Part shown: piece by piece, positions 26,657-39,100 of the stretch
Position numbering within the stretch: the first letter of the stretch is position 1
How the letters are laid out: the number at the start of each line of letters is the position of its first letter
NCBI RefSeq assembly: GCF_964213995.1
Contig: NC_135827.1
Location: 3,906,001 to 3,970,000, forward strand
Length of the DNA: 64,000 nt
Reading direction: 5' to 3'
From: Mustelus asterias
Taxonomy: Eukaryota
The notes under the pieces: model-generated
Database searches by the model: none
What the model was told of the DNA's origin: nothing
Seen by the model: the letters and a program-made list of their open reading frames with translations, nothing else
Program-made: the position numbers and the translations under genes

Positions 26657-27720
26657 CAAAGAACAAAGAAAATTACAGCACAGGAACAGGCCCTTCGGCC
26701 CTCCAAGCCTGCACTGACTATGCTACCCGACTCAACTAAAACCCCCTACCCTTCCGGGACCATATCCGCCTATTCACATCCTATTCATGTATTTGTCAAG
26801 ACCCCCCTTAAAAGTCACTATCGTATCTGCTTCCACTAGCCTCCCCAGCAGCGAGTTCCAGGCACCCACCACCCTCTGTGTAAAAAAGAAACCTGCCTCG
26901 TACATCTCATTTAAACCTTGCCCCTCGCACCTTAAACCTATGGCCCCTAGTAACTGACTCTTCCACTCTGGGGAAAAAGCTTCTGGCTATCCATTCTGTG
27001 CATGCCCCTCATAATCTTGTAGACTTCTATCAGGTCGCCCCTCAACCACCGTCATTCCAGTGAGAACAAACCAAGTTTCTCCAATTTCTCCCCATAGCTA
27101 ATGCCCTCCATAAATCATAGAATCATAGAAACCCTACAGTACAGAAAGAGGCCATTTGGCCCATCGATTCTGCACCAACCACAACCCCACCCAGGCCCAA
27201 ACCCCATATCCCTACATATTTACCTGCTAATCCCTCTAACCTACCCATCTCAGGACTCTAAGGGGCAATTTTTAGCATCGCCAATCAACCTAACCCGCAC
27301 ATCTTTGGATTGTGGGAGGAAACCGGAGCACCCGGAGGAAACCCATGAAGACACGGGGAGAATGTGCAAACTCCACACAGACAGTGACCCAAGCCGGGAA
27401 TCAAACCCAGGTCACTGGAGCTGTGAAGCGGCAGTGCTAACCACTGTGCTACCGTACCGCCCACCACTGTGCTACCGTGCTGCCTATGCCAGGCAACATC
27501 CTGGTAAATCTTTTCTGTACCCTCTCCAAAGCCTCCACATCCTTCTGGTAGTGTGGCAACCAATATTGAATACTATATTCCAAGTGCGGCCTAACTAAGG
27601 TTCTATAAAGCTGCAACATGACTTGACAATTTTTAAACTCGCTGTCCCAGCCGATGAAGGCAAGCATGCCGTATGCCTTCTTGACTACCTTCTCCACCTG
27701 CGTTGCCATTTTCAGTGACA
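26657..27720 (-). mobile_element. CR1 LINE 3' fragment (split by a V-SINE)
   Basis: [32 protein letters not shown], with tail aaagaacaaagaa. Confidence 0.92.
27113..27484 (-). mobile_element. V-SINE nested in CR1, with a duplicated 5' end
   Basis: Full-length copy. A ~22-bp tandem duplication of accactgtgctaccgt lies at 27440-27484. Confidence 0.9.
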
Positions 27721-28013
27721 CTGCTGTATCAATTTCACAGAGCAGCGCACTAAGCCCAAGTAATCTCCGCTGCTTCATCAATGACTTTCCACTTATCATA
27801 AGGTTAGAAGAGGGGTTGTTCACTGATGATTGCATGATGTTCAATACGATTTGCTACCTCTCAGACACTGAAGTAGTCAGTGCTTGCATGCACCAAAAGC
27901 TGAACAAGATTCAGGCTTGGGTTGGTAAGTGGCCAGTAAAATTGGTGACACACAAGTGCCAAGCAATGGTTATCTCCAACAAAAGAGAATATAACCATCT
28001 TCCCTTAATATTC

Positions 28014-28906
28014 AATGACTGTGTGGCCAAATTTCCCTCCAACTCGATTTTCAAGTTTGTTGATGACACCACCAAAGTGGGTCAGATCTCAAACAATGAT
28101 GAGACGGAGTACAGGAATGAGATAGAGAATCCGGTGAACTGGTGAGACGACAATAATCTCTCCATCAATGTCAACAAAACGAAGGAGATTGTCATTGACT
28201 TCAGGAAGTGTAGTGGAGAACATGCCCCTGTCTACATCAATGTGGACGAAGTAGAAATGGTCAAGAGCTTCAAGTTTTTAGGTGTCCAGATCACCAACAA
28301 CCTGTCTTGGACCCCCATGCCAACACCCCCATGGGTTAGGAGAACCCACCAACGCCTATTTTTTCTTAGAAAACTAAGGAAATTTGGCATGTCAGCTGCG
28401 ACTCTCACCAACTTTTACAGATGCACCATGGAAAGCATTCTTTCTGGTTGCATCACAGCTTAGTATGGCTCCTGCTCTGCCCAAGGCCGCAAGAAACTAC
28501 AAAAGGTCATGAATGTAGCCCAATCCATCACACAAACCAGCCTCCCATCCAATGACTCTGTCTACACTTCCTGCTGCCTCTGAAAAGCAAACAGCATAAT
28601 TAAGGACCCCACGCACTCCAGACATACTTTCTTCCACCTTCTTCCATCTGGAAAAAGATACAAAGGTCTGAGGTCACGTACCAACCGACTCAAGAACAGC
28701 TTCTTCCCTGCTGCTGTCAGACTTTGAATGGACCTACCTCGCATTAAGTTGGACCTTTCTCTTCCCTAGCTATGACTGTAACACTACATTCTGCACTCTC
28801 TCCTTTCCTTCTCTATGAACGGTATACTTTGTTTGTATGGCGCGCAAGAAACAATACTTTTCACTGTATACTAATACATGTGACAATAATAAATCAAATC
28901 AAATCA
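28014..28906 (+). mobile_element. Rex1/Babar-type LINE 3' fragment
   Basis: FKFVDDTTKVGQISNNDETEYRNEI..FKFLGVQITNNLSW..QRLFFLRKLRKFGMS..FYRCTMESILSGCITA, with (aaatc)n tail. Confidence 0.88.
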
Positions 28907-29129
28907 ATGAGAGCACCATCACTGAATGGTCCACTATCAACATTGTGTAGGTTTCCATTGACCAAAAACGTAACTGGACCATACCAATTCTGCAACCACA
29001 AGAGTGGATCAGAAGCTGGGAATTAAGCAGTAGGCAACTCAACTGTTGATTCCCCAAGTCCTGACCACCATCCATAAGTCTCAAATCAGGTATGTGATGG
29101 AATACTTCCTGCCTGTCTGCAGCTCCAAT

Positions 29130-29745
29130 AGGAACAAAGGAAAACAGGAGCAGGAGTAGGCCATTTAGCCCATCAAATCTGCCCCACCATTTAATATGAT
29201 CATGGCTGATTGGACACTTGCCCATTATCCCCATTTTGTTAATCAGAAATCTATTAATTTCTGCTTTAAATATACACAATGACTGAGCTTCCACAGCCCT
29301 CTGAGGTAGAGAATTCCAAAGATTCACAACACTCAGTGTAAATAAATTTCTCCTCCTCTTTGTCCTAAGTGGCATTTCCCTTATTTTGAAAATGTGTCCC
29401 CTGCTTCTAGGATCCCCAACCAAGGGAAACATCTTACCTGCATTTACCCTGTCTATTCCTTTAAGTATTTTGTAAGTTTCAATGTGATTATCCCTCATTC
29501 TTCAAAACTATTCATAATATAGGCCCAGTTTGTCCAACTTCTCTTCATAAGACAGTCCAGCCATTCCTGGAATGAGTCTGGCGAGCACTTGCTCTATGGC
29601 AATAATATCCTTTCTGAGGTAAGGGACACAAAACTGCACATCGTACTCCAGGTGCAATCTAACCAAGCACCTATACAATTGAGCAAGGCTTCACTACATC
29701 TGAACTGAAATCCTCTTGTGATAAAGGCTAACATTTCATTAGCAT
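29130..29745 (-). mobile_element. CR1 LINE 3' fragment
   Basis: ORF 28899-29498 IETYKILKGIDRV..VVNLWNSLPQRAVEA. Confidence 0.88.
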
Positions 29746-31899
29746 TAAATAACATTCAAGAAGCTTGACACCATCCAGGACAAAGCAGTCTGCTTGATTG
29801 GCATACAAACCATCACCGTTAACAGTCATTCCCTCCACCATTGATGTATATTGGCAGCAATGTGTACCATCTACAAGATGGACTGCAGCAACTTGCCAGG
29901 GCCTTTTGGCATCATCTTCCAAGCCCCTTACTTCTGCCAACTAGAAGAGCTAGAGCAGACACATGGGAATAACACCACTTTCATGTTCCCCTCCAAGCCA
30001 TATAACATGCTGTCCTGGAAACATATCACTGTTCCTTCATTGTTGCAAGACCAATATCCTGGAACTCCATAACAGCACTGTTGGTGTACCACATGGATCA
30101 TTTCAAGAAAGCAGCTCACCACCACCTTCTCAAGGGCAGTTAGGGATGGGAAATAAATGTTGGCTTTGCAAGTGGTGTTCAGATTCCAGGGAGAAAAATA
30201 ATATTGGTTTTTTTCAATATTTTGGACCATATTATGTGTTTATTTTTAGAATACCAGACATATTAATAAGTGGAGCATTTACCCACTGATGTTGCCAGTC
30301 ATATGTCTGGCTGTAAAAACCTCATAGAGATGAAGACCTGTTCACTAGTGTGGTACTAAATTTAATGCCTCAATGTCAAAAGACGGTGAATTTCCTGCTA
30401 TGAGATCACAGGTGGAGCCTGCCAACAGCCAATGTCTCCTGTTTGAAATTCACTCCTTGTTCATGAGGTCATTGGAGCAGAACTCAACAACGTCATTGAA
30501 AAGGGAAATACAACACAAAAAATGTCTGTTCCCTGGCTGTCTCTCAGCAGCTGTTTTAAAGTGTGCAAAAAAGAGGGTAAAGGAGGATTGAAAGACTCCA
30601 GTGACTCTGTCGCTATCTCTCTTTTTTTGCCCCAAGCAGTGAAAGTTTAACATTGAAATGTAAAGTGAATCCTCACTACCAAGATTTTAAATTTCCCCCA
30701 CTGATAGCTTTTTTATGCTCTAAAATTTTAAAGCAATTAAAATGTTACGTTTTTGTTTAGATATTAGCAATGATTTTTCCAATTAACATTTAAAATGTTA
30801 GTGCTGTTCAGACAGTAGCATGCGCTGCTGGGTATCCATTACTTCACACCTTATAAAGAATCCTGGACATAAAGGTGATGTCCTGAATGAAGGATTCAGG
30901 GTTAATACCAATAAGGACTTAATGCCATAGGGCAACAAACATGTTAATAAGTTGATGTAATTCCTGTTAACACAAATGTTGGCTAGTTTAAATAAATGAT
31001 TAAAAGTTGACTTAAGAACATTTTAAGAGAACAAATTTACTTAGTGGTCTACTGGAGAAATTAAGATCAAATTTATGTCCAGTACAGCAACATTTTCCTT
31101 TACCAAACTCCCTGTAACATTTTTCTTTCATGTTTATGCTTAATCACACCCAGATTTACCCCAATTTAGGCAATTTTTTCTGTGTCTAGCTAATTCTATC
31201 CTGTGTCTAATAGACCTACTTGTCTCCTAAACCCATTCTCAAGCAGCCCCTGTATCACTGGCCTCACTGGCCCACCTTTCCTGTTATCTCACTGTTTTCT
31301 AACTCTTACCAAGCCTCCTTCAATTATACCATATCAGTTTTTGAAAATTACCCTCCTGTAAGTCTCTGTTGCCTTGCTCCTACATTCCAAATAAGCCACT
31401 TCATGCTTAATCTAAATTGCGTTTGTCTGTAAGTTGGAAAAAAAGTAATTTTCTCTCCGTAGAAGCCTATCCCCCAATCATTTGCCTGTCCTGAATTCTG
31501 GTTTCCTACCATCCAATGTCACGTGCTCCATCTTGATTGGTGCTCACATATCTATCTGGCCACCTTTTGTTATAAACAGGATAATGTTTTCCTGAGTTTC
31601 AAGTGTTGCTGTGGCTCACTCATACAAACACAAATACTGATCTGTGATACTTTTTGTTAATATTAGGAATGAACCCTAGATCCACTATAATACTGTACAC
31701 TTGCTACGAGGCATTAGTCCTCAGATATGTTTCTTACTCTCCCTCCTAACTCAATGTTTTCCTTCATTCTAACTGAGAGCACAGAGTAAAACCTTCCTCT
31801 CATTGTCATGTTCTTATTGCATCTGCAGCTCCAAGGTAACAAACATATTCTTATCTCTGCAGTCATTTCCTTGTTCCTGAATATTTCACTTTCAGACCA

Positions 31900-32190
31900 C
31901 AGTTTAAATTATGACAGTATAGTCTCATATATTGAACAAAAATCTCAATTACAGTCTCACTGATTATGGAACAGTTTAATTATTACATAGTCTCCCTTAT
32001 TACAGTAGTTTCCCTCACTACTGAACAGTCTCTTATTGCAGCACAAACTCCCTAATTACAAAACGGTCCCATTTGTTATGGAATAATCCTCTTATTACAG
32101 CACAGTCCATTTTACAGCATAGTACCCCTTATTGCCAACAGCCTCACCTATATTAAGCACAATTTCACTTATTGCAGTAGCTTCTCCCAT
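31900..32190. repeat. Degenerate ~20-bp minisatellite
   Basis: Recurrent acagtctcccttattacagc-like units. Confidence 0.65.
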
Positions 32191-32209
32191 ATATTGCAAT
32201 TTAAGGGGG

Positions 32210-33975
32210 TAATGGAACAGCAAGACCTGGGCATGTGCACACACAAATCTTTAAAAGCTCCAGTACATGTTGAAACATCTGCTACTAAAACTGAGCGATG
32301 CCCCTTTGCTTTAGAAATAGATGCATGGAGTACAATAGCAAGAATCTGCGAGTTACCGTTTTAAACTCCTGACCAAAGGGAGGATATATTTGCCTTAGAG
32401 GGTGTAAAAAGGTTTGCTCGGCTGATTTCTGGGTTGAGGAGAACATCCTATGAAGAGAAGTTGAGTTGACTTGGCCTATGTTCCCTAGAATATAGAAGAA
32501 CGAGAAATGATCTCATTGAAGGATGATTTTTTTAAAGGAAGGGCTTGACAGAGTGGGTGCTGAGAAGATACTTCCCTGAGTTAGGGCGCCTAGAACTCGG
32601 GATCAATTTGCATAATATGGATTGGCCATTTAGAGCGGACACGAGCAGAAATGTCTTCACTCCAAAGTTGGTGAATGTTTGGAATTCTCTCCCATTGAGA
32701 GTAATGCATGCTCAGTGGTTGAGTCTGTTCAAAACAGATTGATCATTTTTATGTATCAAGGGAATTAGAGGGATGTGGGAAAAGTGCAGGGAGGTGGAGT
32801 TGAAATAGAAGGTCAGCCATGGTCTGGCTGAATGGTGGTACAAATTCAAGGCTAAATGGCCAATCCTTCTAGAATCATAGAATTCCTACAGTACAGAAAG
32901 AGGCGCATCGAGCCTGCACCGAAAACAATCCCACCCAGACCCTATCTCCGTAAGTACAAGTATTTATGCTGCTGATATCCCCTGATACAAAGGGGCAATT
33001 TAGCATGGCCAATCAACCTAACCTGCACATGTTTGGACTGTGGGAGGAAACCGGAGCACCCGGAGGAAACCCACGCAGACACAGGGAGAACCTGCAAACA
33101 TCACACAGTCACCTGAGGCTGGAATTGAACCCAGGCGCTATGAGGCAGCAGCACTAACTACTATTCCTTATATTTTCATGTTCGAAACCTTTATAAATCA
33201 ATGGTTCTGTCTGAGCTGGAGTAAGGTGTCTCATTCTGGGCACTGCTCCTTAGGAAGGATGTCAAAGCCTTAGAGAGGATACAGAAGAGATTTAGTAGAA
33301 TGGTACAAGGGATGTGGGACTTCAATTATTTTCATGAACTGGGGATGCTGGTGTTGTTCTCCCTGGAGTGAGGAAGATCGAGGAGAGATTTAAGAGAGGT
33401 GTTCGAAATTATGAGGAGTTTCCATAGAATATAAGAGGTGGGACTAAGATAATAGAGAGAATTGTTTCCAGGGAGTGAACGATTGGCAATCATAAGACAC
33501 TGACGTAAGGTAATTGGAAAAATGAACCAGGGGCGACAGGAACAGGAATTATTTTACTCAGCGCGTTGTTGTGATCAGAAATTTTTTTTGGCTTTTCTCT
33601 TTGGAGCGGAGGAGGTTGAGAGGAGACTTGATAGAGGTTTATAAGATGATGAGGGGGATAGATAGAGTGAACATTCAAAGACTATTTCCTCGGGTGAATG
33701 GAGTGGTAACTATAGGGTTCATGGTGGGAGATATAGGAAGGATGTCCGAGGTAGGTTTTTTACTCAGAGAGTGGTTGGGGTGTGGAATAGACTGCCTGCA
33801 GGGATAGTGGAGTCAGAAACTTTAGGAACATTTAAGAAGCTATTGGATAGGCGCATGGAGTACTTCGGGATGATAGGGAGGAAATAGCTCGATCTGGGTT
33901 TCAGACAAAGCTCGGCACAACATCGTGGGCCGAAGGGCCTGTTCTGTGCTGTACTGTTCTATGTTCTATGTTCTA
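32210..33975 (+). mobile_element. Cluster of CR1 3' fragments; the youngest (33587-33975) ends in (gttctat)n
   Basis: LFSLERRRLRGDLIEVYKMMRGIDRV; older copies read LVNVWNSLP. Confidence 0.8.
32869..33165 (-). mobile_element. V-SINE
   Basis: tagaatcatagaat tail and V domain. Confidence 0.85.
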
Positions 33976-34037
33976 GAAGTGACTTACTGAAAGAGTGGTG
34001 AAAGCAGATTTGGTGATAATAATCATAATTATAAAAT

Positions 34038-34226
34038 ATGATGTGGAGATGGGGGTGGGCACAGTAAGAAGTCTCACAACACCAGGTTAAAGTCCAACAG
34101 GTTTATTTGGTAGCACGAGCTTTTGGAGCGCTGCTCCTTCATCAGGTGAGTGAAGAATTGGGTTCACAAACACGGCATATATCGACACAGACTCAATGTC
34201 ACAGGTAATCAGGTCTTTACAGGTAA
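34038..34226 (-). mobile_element. Penelope terminal-repeat fragment with mutated hammerhead (34114-34148)
   Basis: Matches 11251-11470 with deletions. Minus strand reads CAC-CUGAUGA-A-GGAGCAGCGCUCC-AAAA-GC-UC-GUG (G12A). Confidence 0.85.
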
Positions 34227-34384
34227 TAATAATCCGAAGAGGGAACAATTTGGAAAATTATGAGAAAAGAGTTGGTGGATGGGACTGGTTAGCTCTGTCA
34301 AAGGGATAGCACAGACACTAGTGGCTGAATGGCCTCTGCCCGCCCTCGTTGTACCTATATGATTCTGTGAAAGTGTATTGGATC

Positions 34385-35900
34385 AAAGCAAGGGGAGAGG
34401 GGCATCCGGAGCTTTTCACTGCCCAGGAAGAGCCTGTCGCCCCCTGTGGTATAAGGATTGGGCAATGGGGTGAAGTATTGGAGAGGGGGAATTTCTAGCA
34501 GCTTGCCAGCAACTTTCAACGTCTTCCGGAGGAGAGAAAACCGGGATTTGTGTTGGATGTGAAAATGGGATTCGAGATCGGACAGTAAAAACTATCCGCT
34601 TCACCAGAGGAGTAGGATGTTATAAACTGACAACCCCCGGCGTTACTAAATAATGGATCAGTAGTTGGACTGCTCCCGAAATCTCGGCAGCCTCCTTTGA
34701 GCGGGCTGATTGGCGCTATTAGTGCTGTTTGCAGGTGTGGGCATTGTGTGAACGACAGAATACATACAGAATACACACACTCCACTCGCTTCTATTCAGC
34801 AGACCTTCGCCTCTACCTGAATTCTAAAATAAAAGGTGCATTATCCGGACAAAAGCTAATCAGAATCCAACGTTTGATACTTTAATAGGGTTTCTACAAG
34901 CCCGCGCTGCCTTGTTTGTCCAAGTGGAGGCTGAACAAATACTCCATCAGGCAGAGAGTTGGAGTTCGTGGACTGGAGGGCGGCGCTGGCTGTACTCGCT
35001 GCGAGACAGGTGGTGTCCTGTACAAAGCAGGAGCAATCTGCTGCACTCGTTATTTACAGAGAAAAAAACCCCTCTCATTGTCTTCTTAATTAACAGAAGT
35101 GTATTGCTGCTGCTCTGTGACAGCGAGTTCCAGCCAAGCAAGGGCAGTGTAATGATCAGTTGCAACGCCTTTCGTCCCACTATTCAGTGATTTAACTGAG
35201 AAAACTAATAACCCACACCCACTTTGGTTGCAATTAATTTCAGGCCATCTTAAATAGATGTAAAGTGACAAGGTTTAGCGATCAATGTGTGTTAGCTTTT
35301 TAGAGAGCCCTCGCTGCTTTCCTGACTGAACCAGGTTGTAGCTGATGAACTTTCCATTCTGTGCTCTGCTTCTGTTAATCCGAAATAAAGGGAATTTTTA
35401 ACTGGGCCGAGGCCGAGCTGAGGTTCCGTCCAATTTTTCTGGGTCAGATTCTTTTTGACACATGGCACACTCCCACTGTCACAGGAACCGATGCTGATCA
35501 AAACTAAATATTTACAGTAAAAATAAAAACACAAAGTGGTCTGACTCCATGCTAAAATGTGCCGTGATCCGGGTAGAATGGGGCCAGGAGGCTGTAATTC
35601 GGAGCTCCGAATATAGGACCAATCGGAATTTTAAATCCCAGCAGGACGCTTGTGTGGACACAGACAGGATTCGACCCAGTGTCCCAGGCCCTGACGCTAA
35701 CCCCAGTCAGCCGGAGCTCGGGCTGTGTATTGCTTCAACCCGAGATACCCCCTCCACTTCCAGACACAGGGGCAGCTTCAAACAGCCAGTCTTTTTATTT
35801 AAACAATTCATCCAAGTACAAACCAAAATACATTACAATTTCGAAATACAAACCAGAATACAGTAGTCTCACAAGAATAAATTGTAAAATGACAACCGAA
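34385..35900. promoter_or_regulatory. Candidate intronic regulatory region A (CpG-retaining, repeat-free)
   Basis: Visibly higher CpG than the flanks. CTCF-like gtcgccccctgtgg at 34436-34449, inverted CCAAT ctgattgg near 34706, TAATTA motifs. Confidence 0.4.
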
Positions 35901-35925
35901 ATAATACAATGTCAACAATGAATAT

Positions 35926-36068
35926 AGTAAGAAGTTTAACAACACCAGGTTAAAGTCCAACAAGCTTGTGTGGCTTTTGCTACCAAATAAACCTGTTGGA
36001 CTTTAACCTGGTGTTGTTAAACTTCTTACTGTGTTTACCCCAGTCCAACGCCGGCATCTCCACATCAT
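35926..36068 (+). mobile_element. Mini Penelope fold-back insertion
   Basis: 37-bp inverted arms at 35926-35962 and 35994-36030, then a 38-nt tail. TSD aacaatgaatat at 35914-35925 and 36069-36080. Confidence 0.9.
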
Positions 36069-37914
36069 AACAATGAATATGCCATCCTTAATACAACAGC
36101 ACAAACTAACATAGCACAATAACGACAGTAAATGTGCCACCCTTTATACAGTAGAAAACAACTCCCACCCCAAATGAAAATAGGGTCCATTGTAAGAAAT
36201 TTGTAATCTTCCGGGGTTTCACCTTCCGGGGTCAAACTTGCTTCAAACAGCCTGGGCCTCCCTTTCCAGATACCAGTTACCAACTGCCAGCAACTGCTTG
36301 TCCCAACTCCAATTTCTTTCCAGGGCATCAATTAAACCCAGTCTCTGGGTTTTGGTGCAGCCCAACCGGTTCAACCCATTGTTTTGCCTCTCTGCAATAT
36401 TTTAACCAGGGTTGAGACGGTTAAACTTTCATCTCAACGGAAGCTTCTTATTGAAGATGCTGACTCTTATGTGCAGCGGGATGTCCCCATGCACTAACTC
36501 CAACATGCGGATCTCCTCCCTATAGAACAGAAGGGGGCCTTTTGCTGCGCCATGTCCTTGCGGGGTCTGCAGGAACTCAGTTAGTCCCACTATATACTGT
36601 TACTGCTCATTATTACTGAAAACTCTTACAGGCCCGGGGCTGTTCGTGGGTAGAATTTCACTTCAAAAATCCCATTGTTATTATTTTGATATAAAAAAAA
36701 GTGGTTGTACGTATGCGTTTGATAATCTGAAACAAATATCAAATATTATATAAATCGCAGCAGATGTGATAATTAATTGCCAGTCGATGTTTGGCTCTGC
36801 AGTCTTTCATTGCCACGGTGCTGCCCGGAGTACGTATTGCCAGCATTTTCTGTGTTTTTTCCTTGTAACATGCCGGTTCAACATCCACAAAGCTAATTGG
36901 CAAAAGAAGTGTGCAGCTCTCACAGCCGAACATTTTCATTATACAGGTTGCGGACTGGAGTTTTACCATTTCGTCTCATTAGTTTGAGAGAATCGTACAG
37001 CTAAATAAATCAGTATGTGGCACCTTTCGCAACCGAGGGGCCACCAGTCGACTTAGCATTCAGTGAACTATTTTTGAATCAGGCACCATTTTAATGTAGA
37101 AAACTTGAACAGCGACTTTGTGCACAGCAAGATTCCACAATCAGTGAGTGATAAGGACGGACGATCTGTTTTTGTGATTGAGAAATAAGTATTGGCCGCA
37201 GCAGAGGGGCTAATTTCACACCTTTTCTTCCAAATAGTGTTAAGGGGCATTTCACGTCCAACTGGGGGGCAGACGGGACCTCAGTTTAAGATTCAGCTGA
37301 AGGATAACACTTCCGCCGTGTAGCACTCTTTCAGCACGGCATTGGAAAGTCAATTTAGATTGTGAAGGCTAACATGAACCCACGATCTTATGCGAATGCT
37401 TGCTGTGCGGGTGCTGGGCCTATATCTCAGAATAAGAATAGGGCTACCACTGGCTCCCAGCTGACACCTTACATCCATTCCAACAAGCTGACATTCTAAC
37501 ATCCTCTATTCTCCTGCGCTTTCCCTCCGAATGTCTTTAAAAATCCACTGAAAAGTTATGAATTTTGTCCCATCCACTGTTTCTGATTGGAAGTCCCATG
37601 CAGGGATTTTTAGTATAAACAATTCCTCCCAATCTCTTCCCTTATTCCTTAACTTTATGCCGAAATATTCCCCAAAGGACTTTCCCCAATCTATTTCATC
37701 AAAACCTCTCAGAACTTTGAACATCCACATCAAATCCTCTCCTTCACTGTGTTCTAGTGGCAAAAGCTCTCTCTTTCCAGTCTCTAACTGAAATCTCTAA
37801 TTCCTGATGAATTCAGAGTGAATCTGCCCACAAGCTTAAGAATGAGTCAGGGGCAAGGTCTAGTCTGTAGCTCAGTGACATTACCGAGACTCGCTGAGTT
37901 TGGGCCTCTCGTAT

Positions 37915-38235
37915 GTTCTTTCATTTCATCTACACGTATTCTCCGGCTGTTGGCATCACTGGCAAGGCTGGTATTTACTGCTTATCTCCAGCTGTCCTGG
38001 GAAGGTGGCAATGGGGCCTATTTTATTCACAGGACGGTTAGGAATGAACTCGAATAGCTTTGGATTGGGGTCTCTTATGGTTCTCACCAGAAAAGGAGGT
38101 TTTCTTCCCTGAAGGACCCCGTGAATCAGTGGGATTTACAACAGAACGACGGCTTCAAACATGACTTTTACCATACCTGATTTTTTTAACTCACAGGACT
38201 TAGTCACAGTTCAACACCAGCTCTCTAACTGAGCA
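37915..38235 (-). mobile_element. Degenerate copy of the second SINE family
   Basis: catcactggcaaggctggtattt..., tttcttccctgaaggac...gaatcagtggg, similar to 18190-18865. Confidence 0.55.
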
Positions 38236-38237
38236 AT

Positions 38238-38440
38238 TCACCTAGTATCCCCGTATCCCTGCACGTTCTTCTTTTGCAGGTAACAGTCTAATTCCCCTTT
38301 GAAAGCTTCAATTGAATCAGCCTCCAGCACCCTCCCAGACAGTACATTCCAGATTGTAACCACTGACTGCGTGAAAAAGCTTTTCCTCATGTGGCTATTG
38401 CTTCTTCTGACAATTTCCTTAAATCTGTGCTCTCCCATTC
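38238..38440 (-). mobile_element. CR1 3' fragment
   Basis: FFTQSVVTIWNVL..FKGELDCYL..VQGYG. Confidence 0.8.
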
Positions 38441-38645
38441 ACTATCATGCCATGTTGTTTTTAAAATACCCAGATTTAAAAGAAAAATAAATTATAATTC
38501 TTAAACTGCCATGATTTGGGTGCCTGTTCTTTGGATTACCAGTTAACATAAACACGGCGCTACCCAGAATCTACAGTGCCCCAGGACTCATAGGAAAGTT
38601 AATTTTATCAGAATTCAGCCCCTTCCAGCTCCGAAAGCTAAGATA

Positions 38646-38693
38646 CCCCCCCCCCCCCCCCCCCGTTACACACACACACACACACACACACAC
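38646..38693. repeat. Poly-C run followed by (CA)n microsatellite
   Basis: About C19, gtt, then about (ac)13. Confidence 0.95.
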
Positions 38694-39100
38694 TATATTA
38701 TAAGGACGGGGTGAGGCTTTGAGTCGGGATGAAGGTGCCTGTTGGCCAGAGATTGAGACAAAGCACAGTGGCAGCAACTCAGGACGGCTCTCCTGTTTTG
38801 TGTTTTGTCTGGTTTAAACACTCGACTGCAAACTTGCGCCATGTAAAAATAGTGTGAGAGAGAGAGGGGCGGGGGAGAGAGAGAAACAAAGAGAGGGCTG
38901 TGTGTGAGCCCACAGCTCAGGAAGCGCAACTCTTCGGGGACCCCATACAACCTCTGGAGCCCGTGAATCGGGCCAGCTTGGGGGATTGGATCTGATGAGT
39001 TTCCCGGGCACTTTCCTAAGTCATTGCATCGCGAGTGACAGGCTATGCTAAATATGAGAAGACAACACGGAACATTTTAGAGTGATGCCGAATAAAACAA
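38690..39100. promoter_or_regulatory. Candidate intronic promoter/enhancer B
   Basis: GC box ggggcggggg within GA repeats, ETS caggaagc, SOX-like aacaaag and FOX-like taaaca within about 120 bp; CpG-rich. Confidence 0.4.

Larger units (their letters stand above)
25450..30190 (+). mobile_element. Old CR1/L2-group LINE split into four pieces by later insertions
   Basis: RT remnants FINDFP..LFTDDCMMF..IQAWVGKWPVKLVTHKCQAMVIS. 3' end reads cagctcaccaccaccttctcaagggcagttagggatgggaataaatg. Relatives at about 22590-22790(-), 22880-23010(+), 48540-49300(+) and 63425-63660(-). Confidence 0.75.
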
